The notes under the pieces: model-generated | The model's input: the letters and a program-made list of their open reading frames with translations, nothing else | The model's database searches: none | Told to the model about the DNA's origin: nothing | Made by a program: the position numbers and the translations under genes | In this document: piece by piece, positions 51,655 through 64,000 of the stretch | Layout of the letters: each line of letters starts with the position of its first letter | Position numbering within the stretch: the stretch's first letter is position 1 | Assembly: GCA_964016885.1 (NCBI GenBank) | Contig: OZ024740.1 | Coordinates: forward strand, 83,204,001-83,268,000 | Origin: Eledone cirrhosa | Lineage: Eukaryota | DNA length: 64,000 bases | Direction of reading: 5' to 3'

Positions 51655-53702
51655 TCACTTACCTTGTTCGTGTGGTGAAGGGACAGTAGAACCGTCCCTT
51701 TCGCTGGTCATGGGTGTTTCCAAGAGGATGTCAGTGTATATCCTCTTGGTAACCGCCCCTCTGAAGTCTCCAACTGCGTTGGGGAATTTTTGTTTTAAAG
51801 GTTTGTATTGTTCTAATGAGATTTCGATGATACTTATGTTTGTCGGGAGAGTTCTTGGTGTGGGTGGGGTGTAGTGATTTTTTTCCGTGATGTCTGTGTG
51901 CTGCTTTATATATTTTATGAGTTCTTTTTTTGCTATGTTTATGGCTGTGTACTTTTTGGGGGGAGGGGTGATTTTGTTGCCGTTTTCTTCTTGTTGCTGT
52001 TTGGTGTGTGTGTCTTGTTGTGTTTGCGTTGTTGGGGTTTGTGGTGGTGTTGCTGCAAGTTCCCTTGCTGCCTTTACCCCTCTTTGTATGCCTTCGCTTT
52101 TGGAGGGTGCATCTAAGGGTTTGTTTACTTTTTGTTTTTTGTGGCAGACTGTTTGCCACGTCGCTCCCGCCTCAAACTCCATGTCGGATTCTGTGGCGTC
52201 TGGGAGGGGTATGTGCACCACGGCTGTTGGTGGTGGTAGTGGAGCCCTCTTCGGCAATGTTGTTGCTGGTGTAGCTATTTCAAATGTAGCTAATTGTGTT
52301 GCCGCTACTGATGATGCTGCTTTAGTTATCCGTGGCCTCGGTACGGCTGCTACGGACGTTGCCCTCCTACTCACCGTGGAATGGGCTTCTTCGTTTGTTG
52401 CCTGTCCTGCTCTTGGTAGCAGCCGACCAGGTATTGGAAGGAGAGGGGACCTCTTCGGTGTATTCTGCGGGCAAAAGGCCCTGAGGTGACCTTTCGACCC
52501 GCAGAGATAACATTTTGGCCGTCTTCCTTCTACACTTATAGGGAGTTGGTGTCCTTCCTCAAAGTCTATGATATCGGGGATAGCCTTGATACATTCCTGG
52601 TCAGTTTGTATAAGCATTTGCATGCCTATACCTGACCAGTTCTCTCTCCCTATGTGTTCTACTTGCAGCATGGTCGCCCTGTTCTCAATTCCAGCAAGGA
52701 CAGACGTGGCCAGCCAAGGTATGGGCACGTCGGGTGCGACCTGTGTCACTTTGACCCTCACAATTTTCTGCCCGCAGTAGGAGGGCACCAAGACTAACTC
52801 CTCACTGTTTAGGGTTTCCAAAGAGTGAGACTTTGCTTCCTGAGGGGTGGCGAAAAGTGTGTCTACTGTGGCGTACTTTCTGCCTCGGGTGATGTGGGTT
52901 TTGCGTGCCCAGCTGCACCCCAAGGCCTTTTGGATTTAAGCCTCCGTGGCTCTCTCCACTCGATGTGAGATTTTGCTTACGGTGCGGTAAGTCACCGTTC
53001 GTAGCTGCTGGTCCTTGAAAAAATCGGGTGGAGGTTTCAGGGAAACTCTATTTGCGCTTCTTGTCACCATGACCCTTTCGACTGCCATCTCCTCCTCTGT
53101 GACTAACACTGTCTCGATATTTCGGGCGACACCTGCAAAAAAAAGTGGTCCCTTTTTCAGCAGCACCACTATTGCTGCCGCTACTGGTCTTACTGGTGGT
53201 GCCGAGGTCGCTATTACAGGTATCGGTTTCATTGTTGTTCTTTTCGCTGGTACAGTTATGGGTGTTGTTTTCGTTGATACTGTTGCTGCTGTTACTGTTA
53301 TTGTGGCTGTTGTTATTATTGTTGTTTTTGTTGATACTGTTCCTACTATTATTGTTGTTGTGGCTGTTGTTATTGTCATTGTTATTGTCGTTCTCGACCT
53401 TACCGCTGTTATTTTTGTTATTGTCGTTCTCGACCTTACCGCTGTTAATTTTGTTATTGTCGTTCTCGACTTTACCGCTGTTATTTTTGGTGTTGTTGTT
53501 GGTGATGTTGTTGGTGTTATTGTTGGTGTTGTTTGTGTTAGAAATATTTGTTAACTTTAAATCTGGAACAATCTTTTTTTCCTTTGTAATATTTTCATTT
53601 ATATTTACCTCCGCTGGAACGTTGTCTTGTTGACATGCTGATAAAGTCTCACTCTCTCTGTGTTGTCTGACAGCGCTCTCTCTCTGTTTTGTGTTATCCA
53701 TG
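51655..53702 (-). pseudogene. ORF1, frameshifted; Asn-rich N-terminus with 3 x 36-bp repeat (53381-53488)
   Basis: ORFs 53048..53716, 52936..53379 and 51655..52923; repeat peptide NSGKVENDNN. Confidence 0.85.
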
Positions 53703-53916
53703 TTGAAATTTTTCAAAAAATATTTCTACACAAATACGAATGCGACACCCCGTAAAGGGGTGCCGTATTATTTACTAGAGAACACCTGTATTAGGTGGGT
53801 CACTTCTTCTAAACTTTTATCAAATTTAAAACTTGAATAAAAGGTTTAGAACGGTTGAAAAAGAGGTAGAACGTTGAAAAAGACTGGAGGCGATAAGAAG
53901 CATGGCTTCACCAACC

Positions 53917-53955
<39 letters not shown>

Positions 53956-53956
<1 letters not shown>

Positions 53957-54883
53957 TGTTCCATAAGAGGAGTGAAGCCGATAGACTCTACTTAAGGAGA
54001 TCTGAAGGTGGAAGAGGTTTTATCAGCATAGAGGACTGTGTTGAGATGGAGAAAAACATCCTACACAAATACGTGACCGATAGTAAGGGGCCAATGCTCA
54101 GAATTGTACTGAAGGAGAGCACAATAGATCAGGGGATGTCCAAGGAGGAAATAACAACAAGGAGAAAGAGAAGCCTTCATGAAAAATCCCTTCATAGTAC
54201 CTTCTTTGAGAAAACTGAATTCAGAGATCCACAGACATGGAACTGGTTGAAAAGAGGAGGTCTTAAAAAGGCTACAGAAGGAATGTTAATGGCTGCGCAA
54301 GAGCAGGCCCTCAAGACGAAGTTGTTGAAACACCATATTTACGAGTAGGAGGCTAGCCCACTGTGCAGGATCTGTGGAGAGAGAGAGGAAACTGTGGCTC
54401 ACATTGTATCCGAGTGTAAACATCTAGCCCAGTCTCACTATAAAGGCTGGAGACATGATGTGATGGGCAGGGTGATCTACTGGCACCTATGCAAAGTAAA
54501 CAATTTACCACATTCTGAGAAATGGTATGAGCATAAGCCAGAGTCGGTGATGGAGAACGATCAGGTGAATGTGCTGTGGGATTTTAGGATACAGACGGAC
54601 AAGAAACTGGAACACAATAGACCTGACCTGGTGGTTTTGGACAAGGAAAAAAGATCGTGCCTGATTGTGGATGTAGCCTGCCCATTCGAGCACGAGAGTG
54701 CAAGAGAAGGAGAGGGAGAAAATTAACCGATGCCAGGACTTAAACGCTTCAAAAGGCATGCTTGCTAAGAACAGCAAGAACCCTCCGATACGTTCTGAAT
54801 ATCTGATGCTGCAGGTAGTAGCTTGATATTCATTTCAACAAACTTTCCAGTTAACTGACATCAATGACTGAGACTCAAAGAAC
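53956..54883 (+). mobile_element. 5'-truncated R4/Dong-clade LINE (RT C-terminus, CCHC, restriction-like endonuclease) in (AAT)n
   Basis: DRLYL.R.EGGRG, AAQEQAL, CRICG...ETVAHIVSEC..LA...Y..RHD, LWDF.IQTD....NRPD, DVACP; (AAT)n on both sides. Confidence 0.92.
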
Positions 54884-54905
54884 AATAATAATAATAATAA
54901 TAATA

Positions 54906-55093
54906 ATTGTTTCTATTTTAGGCACAAGGCCAGCAATTACCCAGTACATTACTGGTACTTTATTTTATCGACCCCTTAAGGATGAAAGGCAAAGTTAACC
55001 TTGGCGGGATTTGAACTCAGATCATAAAGGGACGTAACTCTATGCTTCAAAGCATGGTGTCCGACTCTCTACCGATACTGCCAATCCACCGCC
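54906..55093 (-). mobile_element. tRNA-derived SINE, full length, within (AAT)n
   Basis: Same family; (AAT)n on both flanks. Confidence 0.92.
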
Positions 55094-55094
55094 T

Positions 55095-55137
<43 letters not shown>

Positions 55138-55139
55138 TG

Positions 55140-55217
55140 ATGCTTTCTTTATTAACCACAAGGGTTTACACAAAGTAGACATTAAGGACAGAACAAGACA
55201 ATACAGGACGGTACAAA
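55140..55217 (-). mobile_element. Tx1-like 3'-end stub within (AAT)n
   Basis: tttctttattaaccacaaggg...acaggacggtaca matches the other 3' ends. Confidence 0.75.
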
Positions 55218-55937
55218 TAATAACAATAATAATAATAACAATAATACTATATTTATGTCTGTGTATGTGTGTGTGAGTTTTTTCCTGTGTCTATATATAT
55301 TTATATATGTGGGTGTATGTGTGAGAATGTTATGTGGTTGTGCTTATGCTCCTGCGTGCGGGAGTGTCCGTCTATATGTTGGTTCATGTTCATCAACATG
55401 TAGCGAAAAAATCTATAAAACCAATCAATGTACACCATAAATCGGATGGTACATTATTTTCCTCTTATTTTCAGAGAAATAAAATTTTACCTCAGATATC
55501 CAAGAATAGATTAATGGGATATGTCTAATTCATAACATTGTGAATTACATTTCAGTGCATATAATGAAAAGCTTTTGCTGTTGAAGTGACAGCAGTGTGT
55601 TGATGTATCCTGTTTGTATGTGCTGTTTAGAATGTGTAGCATTTAGCAGATATATCATTGCTTCTGTAGAAAAATTTGACTGGAAATTTATTCTAAATAT
55701 ATATTTATGTACCATGTTCCGTATCTTTCTTATTAAGTGCGGCTATTCTATTTTCTGTACCCATTCGCTGAATTCTTTCTTACGACATATTTCAATTGTT
55801 ACTACATATTTCACCTATTTTGGAACTTTATTTTCTCCATGTACACACATCAAATGTCTTTCCACGGTATGAATGTAACAATGATATGAATGTTTTTATA
55901 ACAGTAATGATTATTATAATTTCTACAATAGCAGTAA

Positions 55938-56099
55938 TAATTGCTTCTACATTTGGCACAAAGCCAGCAATTATCCAGTACATTACTGTTACTTTATTTC
56001 ATCGAGCCCGTAAAGTTAACCGCGGTGGGATTTGAACCCAGTCCGTAAATGGACGCAACTCTTTCTGGAAAGCATGGCGTCCGACTCTCTACCGATACT
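55938..56099 (-). mobile_element. SINE copy (internally deleted)
   Basis: Same tail, B box and A-box region. Confidence 0.85.
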
Positions 56100-57926
56100 A
56101 AATATGTTTTATGAGGATTTTGACTGATGATCTGATTTGAATGAATACGAATATTTGATGAAATCGGTTATTGTACACGGTTAGTATTTTCAGTGGTATA
56201 TCATTCCAGTATTAAAATACAACCCTCACCCTGGCAAAATGTGTATTCAGAACGTAAAATATCAAAGCTAATTTTCTAACTAATCTACACCTGTGCTCCG
56301 ATGACTTATACTGAAGCGCCTGCCTCTATCATTTCATTCCTTTACACTAGATTGACCACTAATTGCTTCTAATAATACCTGCATTTCCTAACCAGATTCA
56401 TTTTACTTATATGTGCACACAGATAGGGACATGTATGTTGATCTATTGTCAGTTGAAGTAGCAGACAAGCATAGAAAAATGTCTTGCACCATTTTGTGGA
56501 ATGCTCTGCATTTTAGATATCGATCAGTGTTTCATTTAACTATTAGTTTATCATAATTGAAAACCACTTCATGTTTCGATAACAGGGAGACAAACACAAT
56601 TTCTACCTTGCCTGTTTTTCGATTAAATCGTTCGATAAGTGGGTAGGAATGTTTGGTAAAATATTAGTCGCGTTACGATTTATTTTCCTAGAGATAGCGT
56701 GTGATTAATCAATCAGGCTGGCAGGTAACAATAACAAATCGGTTTTTGTTGATATTGCCGTTGGTAAAGTTTATGTCAAAGCTACTTTTGTGTTGTAAAG
56801 TTGTCAAGTAGACATCTGCTTTACAAATAAATTCTTGTGTCTTATTTAAACGTTTTCATTTGTCTTAATATATTTCATATCTTCGTCACATATTTCTTTA
56901 TTCGGTGTTTTTTGTTGTGAAATTGTCTCGAAATTCTTTAGTATGTACACTGCCATTGATATTGGAATCACTAAATTCAAGTAAATGATATATTTACACA
57001 TAAATGGATGAATGTTTATTACGTTGAAATAGCATGAAAAATCAAATGAAAGTATTGAGGGATGTGCAATCCTACTTCGCTGCTGTTCTTTTTTCCATAT
57101 ATGACACAAATTGGAAACGCATCCCATTCTCTCTACATATTCTCACTTTGTTGTCTCTGCTATTCTCTTTACGTTCTTCCTTACACTTGCATACTATTGC
57201 GTCTATTATCTTAATTCACTGCATTCAATATTTGTTCTTCACTGTTTATACCAAACAAGTCAATTTTCATTGTTTTTAATAGAAACTGCATATGCAATGA
57301 GATTCCTGCCTCTTTGTTCTTTAGTATATTCAGTCTCCTGCATCACTTCGTGGTTAAATGGCAACGAACTATACGTGATTTCATAGAATTATATTTGGTT
57401 ATATTCCTTGGCTGCTATTACTGTTTAATTCTTACACATTAATGCTTAAACTGTGGATAATCATATTAACGCGATAACTTGAAATTCGAAATGTGTATAT
57501 CTGGTGGGAATAATGCAAGTATTTGATAGTTTTGTATATATTCGCTGTTTACATTTATGCGTAACTTGCTCAATGTTATCTTCTTCTTTTTTCAACTGAT
57601 CTATTAAATGGAAATCGCTTTATTAACATCATTGTTTTTATTAATGCTTAAAATACGTTTAATCTAAATGTTTATAATTATCATTTACTTTATTTATACC
57701 CCATGCAAATATTTCTTCCAACGGCTTCTATTTTGTATCCGTCGTCAACCTGATATGTCTCAGTGTTTTCATCAATTTATGCTAGACATTATCAAGGATA
57801 ATACGATAGTAAATTATATTTTTTTCTAATTTGTAACTCATGGATAAACGAAACGACAGAGATTTATGGTTAAGAGGAATGTGCCTGCGACTAGGTTATG
57901 CCTTGTGTATTTATTCTTGTTTATAA

Positions 57927-58038
57927 TTGTTTCTACTTTTGGCACAAGGCCAGCAATTAACCAGTACATTACTGGTACTTTGTTTTATCGACCCCGTATG
58001 GATGAAATGCAAAGTTAACCTAGGCGGGATTTGAACTC
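57927..58038 (-). mobile_element. 5'-truncated SINE
   Basis: Same family; TSD tcttgtttataat. Confidence 0.88.
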
Positions 58039-58164
58039 TTGTTTATAATGTTATATATATATATATATATATATGTCAACATAATACTACTCATCTGGTT
58101 ATTGTTCAATCCGTTTCTCCTTGTACCATTTTATGAGGTGTAAGCTAACTTTCCCATGTATATG

Positions 58165-59700
58165 TGATCTGCAAGTCCGTAGCACACGAACTGGGTGAGG
58201 AGTTTAGTCCGGTGCAACTAGGTGTCGACGTATCCGGTGGCTGTAAGGGGGCAACTCATGCAACCAGGTAGTTCTTCAACAGCTGCCCATCGGAACCGGA
58301 ATCCATGGACTCCAGGCACCTCATTGTCAAGCTTGACATGAGGAATGCCTTCAACACTTTACGGCGGGATCATCTGTTCGAGGCTTGCCTCAGCCGAGCC
58401 CCCTCTGCCTACATACTGGCCTAGCTATCATATGGAGCCCCAAACATGCTCCTTGCTGCTGATACGGTCATACCCTCGGCTACTGGGGTCCAACAGGGCG
58501 AACCTTTGGGTTCCTTCCTGTTCGACCTTGGTATTGACCACGTGGCCAGGAGTATCACGGCCCCTCTGAACGTTTGGTATCTGGATGATGCTACGTTGGG
58601 CGGGCCCATACGGACGGTTTGCCATGACCTTCAATCGGTGGTTCCTGCCCTGGCGGAAGTCAGGCTCCAAATCAACTCGGCCAAGTCGGGGGTGGTGAAT
58701 GTCAGCCTTGATGCTGCGAGCTTTTCAGCCTCGGTCTTGGACGTGCGGTCTATTCTCCGTCAGGTTCAGGTGACCACCAAAGAGGATGTCCTCATCCTCG
58801 GGTCACTGATCCACCCGCCGGCCATCCGCTCCACCATCAGGTCCAGGCTTCAACAGCTCCGGACTCTCACGAGCCGACTGGGCTTGATTGACGGCCACCC
58901 AGCTATCTTTCTGCGGAGGTACTCAGACTGGCTTACGCGCCAGCTCGTCCAGCACCACCTTGATTGTTTTTGTGCGGCCTCCAAACCCCACAGTGATGCC
59001 TGGTTCCATGCCATGCCCTCCTTCTCCACTGGCACGCAGCTAAACAACCATAGCCTGCGCATCGGCGTTTCCCTGAAGCTCGGCCTCTGGATCTGCCTGC
59101 CACACCAATGTCGCTGCGGTTCCCCCGTGGACTATTTCGGCCTCCACCCACTTACCTGTCGCCACAGTGCCGGCCGCATTCCACGCCATCCTGCCTTCAA
59201 CGAGGTCATTAAGCATGGTTTGGACGATGCAGGCTTCCCTTCCCTGCTCGAGCCGGTGGGGCTGGATCGAGGTGACGGAAAAAGCCCAGATGTCATGACC
59301 ATCTTCCCATTCCACGGTGGCAAGCCCCTCGTCGGGGATGCCACTTGCACCGACACTTTCTGCAGCCGCAACCTGGTGCAGTCTGCGATTGACCCAGGTT
59401 CTACTGCACGTTGGGCTGAGGGGGCCAAACTCTTCAAATACCAGTCGCCCTCCAACAGGTTTGGGGTCGTACCCCTCGCAGTGGAAACTTCTGGTGTCCT
59501 CGGCCCCAGGGCTACCTCCTTAATCACCACCATAGACGCTGACCTGGCCAGCCGCAGGTGTGAGCCCCGCAAGTTGGAGTGGCTTTTCCAGCGCGTCTCC
59601 CTTGCCGTCCTCCGGGGAAACGCCTTCTCCATTCTGTCCGCCGGGGCTGTGGGTGGCCCCATCGCGTACAGTTGTAGTTGTTGTAGAAGAAAAAGGAAGA
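58165..59700 (+). mobile_element. CRE-clade-like non-LTR retrotransposon fragment (RT, zinc finger, restriction-like endonuclease), internally deleted
   Basis: QLGV...GG, KLDMRNAFN, GVQQGEPLG..LF, WYLDD, AW..A.P...G, C.CG......H.L.C, RH...N, EP.GL...DGKSPD, LAVETSG, QRVSLAVLRGNA (ORF 58446..59750); GC-rich block. Confidence 0.85.
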
Positions 59701-62700
59701 CAGCAATATCTGCAGTGTTGTTATTTGAAATAGAACTGTTTACGATTTAGACATTTTTATTACTAAAATGTGTTATACATCATTATTCATCTCACTTTCT
59801 ATTGGTTTATATCAATGTAAATATTATTTTAAACTGCAGTAATATCATTACAGAAACACACTCTTATATCAACTATCATAATACATATACAATTATTTTA
59901 TCGGAAGTATTTGTTGCTCTACTTTACTGACACATCACTGAAACATACCACAATCATACGGAAAGTGTTCCATTTTCGATGTCAATGACTATGTATTGAA
60001 TTATGTATGAGGGCATAGCTATTCTTACTCTTTTTGAAAACCATCATTTTGCACTATAGACATTGTGACAAACTGTTTAGTAGATAATGGGGAATGAATT
60101 AATTTGGTATATATAACGTTTTCATACATCATTGAGTGAAAGATAACAATATATTCATATATGTGCAGCGCTTCGTCTACTCGAAATGAATGGCGACATC
60201 ATTTAATGTCTAAAGTCATGATTAATGTTTTCATCCTTTAGTTTATGATGATATATATTTCATGCCACAATTGAAGTCATTTATGAGGAGTCACAGAATG
60301 ATTTCTTGATTTAAACCGATAAGTTACAATTTGGAAGTGCTATTATACGCACGGTGTCAATGGACAGATTATCCATATAAATATAGATTTTTCTTTCAAT
60401 GATATTGAATGAATTTTTGAGAGTTTATTATAGTGACGTCAAAAGAATGACGTTTATGTCAACTGCAATACAAATTCTGGTAGTTGCGGTGCTGCAAGCT
60501 GTTGGGATGTCGGGTGGTTATGGTGGCGGTAATGCTTGAATTGGTATTGGTGTTGATGTCGTTGGTTTTGATGAAGATGTTGATGACTGTGAGCATAATG
60601 ACAACGACAGAAAATATTATGATTATTATGAGCAAGATGATACATACATGTGGTAGTTGAGCACGTGTTGATAATTCCTGTGATTACGATTAGACATATC
60701 AGTATCCCTATCCGTTGAAGAAGGAAAGACACTAACATATTACATTTGAAAGATAATTACAATGTTTGTCATCTTTCCCATCACGTTTACTAACCGGCAG
60801 AACCCTCCATTGATAGGTCCGTTTGATTGCTCTAGTCATTTAGAGACGCAATTAAATAGATGGATATATCTTCTTTCCGTAACATTCACTAACTCTAGCT
60901 GGGATGCATAAGGACGGATATTGGATAAGCTGAATAAAGAAGATAGTTTCGGTAGCTGAAATCTTTCGATGATAAATTCAAGGTTTGATCTACAGCGAAA
61001 CGTATAACTTATAACAAGTTTGGTTGCAAATACGATTTGCAACATCGTTCTACTACATAGTAGCAGTACTGGGCCGAGTTAATAAGGTGTCCCATGTATC
61101 AAGAATTAAGCCATTTTGCCGAGGGGAAATAGCTGGGAGCTCACAATGTAGGTTGCAAGGAAAATCAATGTAACATTTCTAGGTTTTGAGTAGCGTAGTG
61201 ATATGTAGATACTAGTTGTATGCTCAAATGTTTCACCTGAGAGAGAACACACACATTACATATCTGAGACCTGTGTGAAAGGTTAAGGAACTTCGCATGT
61301 TTCACCGTTCACTAGCCTTGTTTACATTAATGCATGTCCTTTATGTAATACATTATGCGCGTAATAGTCATAAAATTTGCAATATATATTAGTTATATAT
61401 ACTGAGATTTAGCATGGTTTTCGTCATATTATTGTTAATTTCGTCATATTATAGTTAATTTTCCTTTCAGCATCATTGATGATATCATGATTTTCCGTTA
61501 GGTAGGTATTTAGTAATTAGGAGTTGCTGTGCTATTATTCAAATTGCGTGCTCTGTTGAAGCTAGATTTACATTCTATTATATGTATGGACTACATAATT
61601 TGTGTTGTTTCGGTTATATGCGTGGATAGAATTTTAACGTCTAGGTTATCTATTGCGCGCCCTTTTCCTAGATTGACTTGCTGATATTACACTGACGAGG
61701 GTTCTAACAAGATTACGTTCAATATATATCCTATGCTACAGGCTGTCTTCTATATATGTCGTTGTCTTTTTTCTGCACCAGTCCTCTGTATACCTTATAT
61801 AGACTGCAGTTCCCTTGTGGGCGTACCATTCTACGGTTTCTGTCAGTATAAGGAATATTCTTAAAAGGGATTTTATGAGATTTCCTTGGCATTCTATCAC
61901 TTAAATACTTGTTTTCAATCCATCTCAGGCATTCCTTAATCGATGGGCTAGTCTGCATTTAGAATTAGCACGGGAAAAGGTGACATGCTGGCATTTGTTG
62001 CTGTAATACGATGAATTGACCAACTCTACCTTCTTCTTAGTCCTTTCATTACAATTCCATGATTTAGTCTTTGTATGGCGGGCAGATCCCTTTCTCGACA
62101 TTAATGATGGTTTTGTCATGGCTTCTTTATGTAACCCGGCCCTATTTCTTCGCGTCTACCCGGGGAATAACTACATCGCACGTCTAAAGAAACATTTCCT
62201 TCCTGTCTCTTTATATATATATATGATATTCCATGCAGTTTTTATGTTCAGCATCTGAAGAAGTTTATTCTTAACTTATCTATAATTCACATATATATTT
62301 CTGTGTAAATTCTAAATGTTTAATAGAAAATGTGAAAATGTTTTTCTCGTATCAATATAGTTATGATGAGATGTTTATTCATGATTCGTCAGGAAATGGA
62401 AAAAAATTAGTTAGGAAATGGAAAAATAAGTTCATCAAACATTTTCTAGAAATCCTATGCTTAAATAGATCCTTATCCGTTGACCTTTTAAAAACATTCA
62501 CCATTCAGTTAAAATGATAGGTTTGTGGTTAAGAAACATTCTATGTTCCCCATAATGAATGTTCTCTAGCTCAATAATGTTGCCATGCAGTATAGAATGT
62601 TCCGTTTTGATGTGTGAGTTATTGCATGAATTAGAGTTCAAATATGTGGCATTTTGTAAAATGTCTCTTGTAATTCTGCTGTTAAATATTTACAGAAATA

Positions 62701-64000
62701 TATCTGAAAAAGTTAGTTCTTTCTCATTAGTTTCTGCTGTGAATCCAAGTGATGTCTGTAGGGTGCACTGTGCCGAAATGTATACAGAACCGGTTTTACT
62801 TTCTCCCAACGTGTATATCAGTCATTCACCAAGCGTTTATATTTCCTGGAGATGTATTCCTTGAAAATGCATGATATAACCTTTCTTCTAGAAAACCTAT
62901 TGCATTTCACATCCTTGGAGCCTGTTTAAGGCAACGCATGTCATCTCATACATAACATAAAATATGTGGACATGGACATTTAATAAACAAAGTTATAAAA
63001 GTCTCAGGGTATGTTATTGTGATTGTGCTCTTGCAACAGATGGTCATACTTGGAGATCAACTAGTCTCAGTACCTACATGTTTTTTGTTTCATTTGTGTA
63101 TTAATGGCTTTCTTGTAATCCATAGAATTTGTCTGCATTACTTGGAAGTTGCATACATAATCCATTTAGTTTTTGTTCTTTTCTGAACGAGTTTGAATAT
63201 TCTTTCATGAATGATTTAATTCCCCGTCTCCTTTTAGTAGTAGTTCACATCTGTAAAGTGTTCCTTAAATCTATCTTTACAAACACCCCTATTTACAACG
63301 ACAGTTACCTAAGTCGTTGTTAGATTCTTTTAGAATATTTGATTTATCATTTTCAATATGCATATGATTTCTCACTCTCTCTTTTAAATATGTTTATACA
63401 TGCCAATGGGAAATTTAGTAATTGTGTCTAAATATGTATCGAAATATTAATCTGATTTAATTCTCTTTATGGAATCATTTTCAACTTTCATGGTGCAATC
63501 ACACTAGAAACATTTTAATTTTGTGATATTTGATATTGTATAGGAGTAAACTAAAAAGAAACTCTTCAATAATAAATCATGTTTTTTAGGTTTCCTTTCA
63601 TTAATTCTGTGACTTGTAAGTTAACATTGTGTGCGCTGCGTTTAGTTTATTTATTTCATCAGTTTAGATGGTTTGTTGTAATTACCTATCTCTTACTGTT
63701 ATCTGGTGTATCTTGACATTTCGATATGTGTTAAGATTCCATCAAAACCCCTTAATAATCTTCCCAATCCGCGAGGAAAGACACAATCAAATGCATATTA
63801 TACTCATATGGTATAGTAAAAATATACAATTGGACGCGCTGAATTGTAAAATTCTAAATCAAACAGCGCAACTGGATTCTAGACTTCCATCGTTTACAAT
63901 CAACGTTGAACTAGGAACACAAGCTGTTTCAACGCAAAGGTATATAAGACCTGTCTGTTTAAATATATATTTAAAGAAGATACGTTTAAAACTTGAAATG

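Larger units (their letters stand above)
47912..53916 (-). mobile_element. Full-length L1/Tx1-clade LINE embedded in (AAT)n
   Basis: ORF1 (frameshifted, CYLCGSKGHLRAFC), ORF2 (APE, RT, CPRC..H..C); 3' AATAAAGAAATCAC-(ATT)n; (AAT)n on both flanks. Confidence 0.95.

Noticed and set aside
51887-53633. Hydrophobic plus-strand ORFs resembling membrane proteins
   Set aside because: Antisense shadows of the A/C-rich low-complexity LINE ORF1.
53902-53955. Poly-Asn N-terminus fused to the Dong ORF
   Set aside because: Chance read-through of the (AAT)n target from an ATG in the neighbouring element's 5' end.
61700-63400. Possible decayed LTR-retrotransposon integrase on the minus strand
   Set aside because: Scattered weak hints only; too degraded to call without a profile search.

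Overview
This is eukaryotic, very AT-rich, repeat-saturated DNA. The SINE family and the (TA)n/(CA)n/(AAT)n load look octopus/cephalopod-like (inference). I find no supportable host gene, rRNA, tRNA or CRISPR array. The content is mostly retroelements, sorted by microsatellite. (1) At least five families of Penelope-like elements (PLEs) sit in (TA)n tracts. They include Hydra-like, Nematis-like, Naiad-like and unassigned copies, several with degenerate minimal hammerhead ribozymes, and many form fold-back or head-to-head insertions. (2) L1/Tx1-clade LINEs: one full-length copy in a (TAGA)n tract (21.5-27.3 kb) and a head-to-tail stack in an (AAT)n tract (40-55 kb), which also holds an R4/Dong fragment and a SINE. 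(3) CR1-like, RTE-like and CRE-like fragments, plus about nine copies of one tRNA-derived SINE. Top observation: in all three Tx1-like 5' halves a near-consensus splice donor (AAG|GTRRGT) overlaps the ORF1 stop 37-40 nt before the ORF2 ATG, and all three ORF2 ends stop at a TAG that could be the acceptor. ORF2 may therefore be exactly one intron. Everything was read by eye, so boundaries are approximate and clade names rest on motif recognition.
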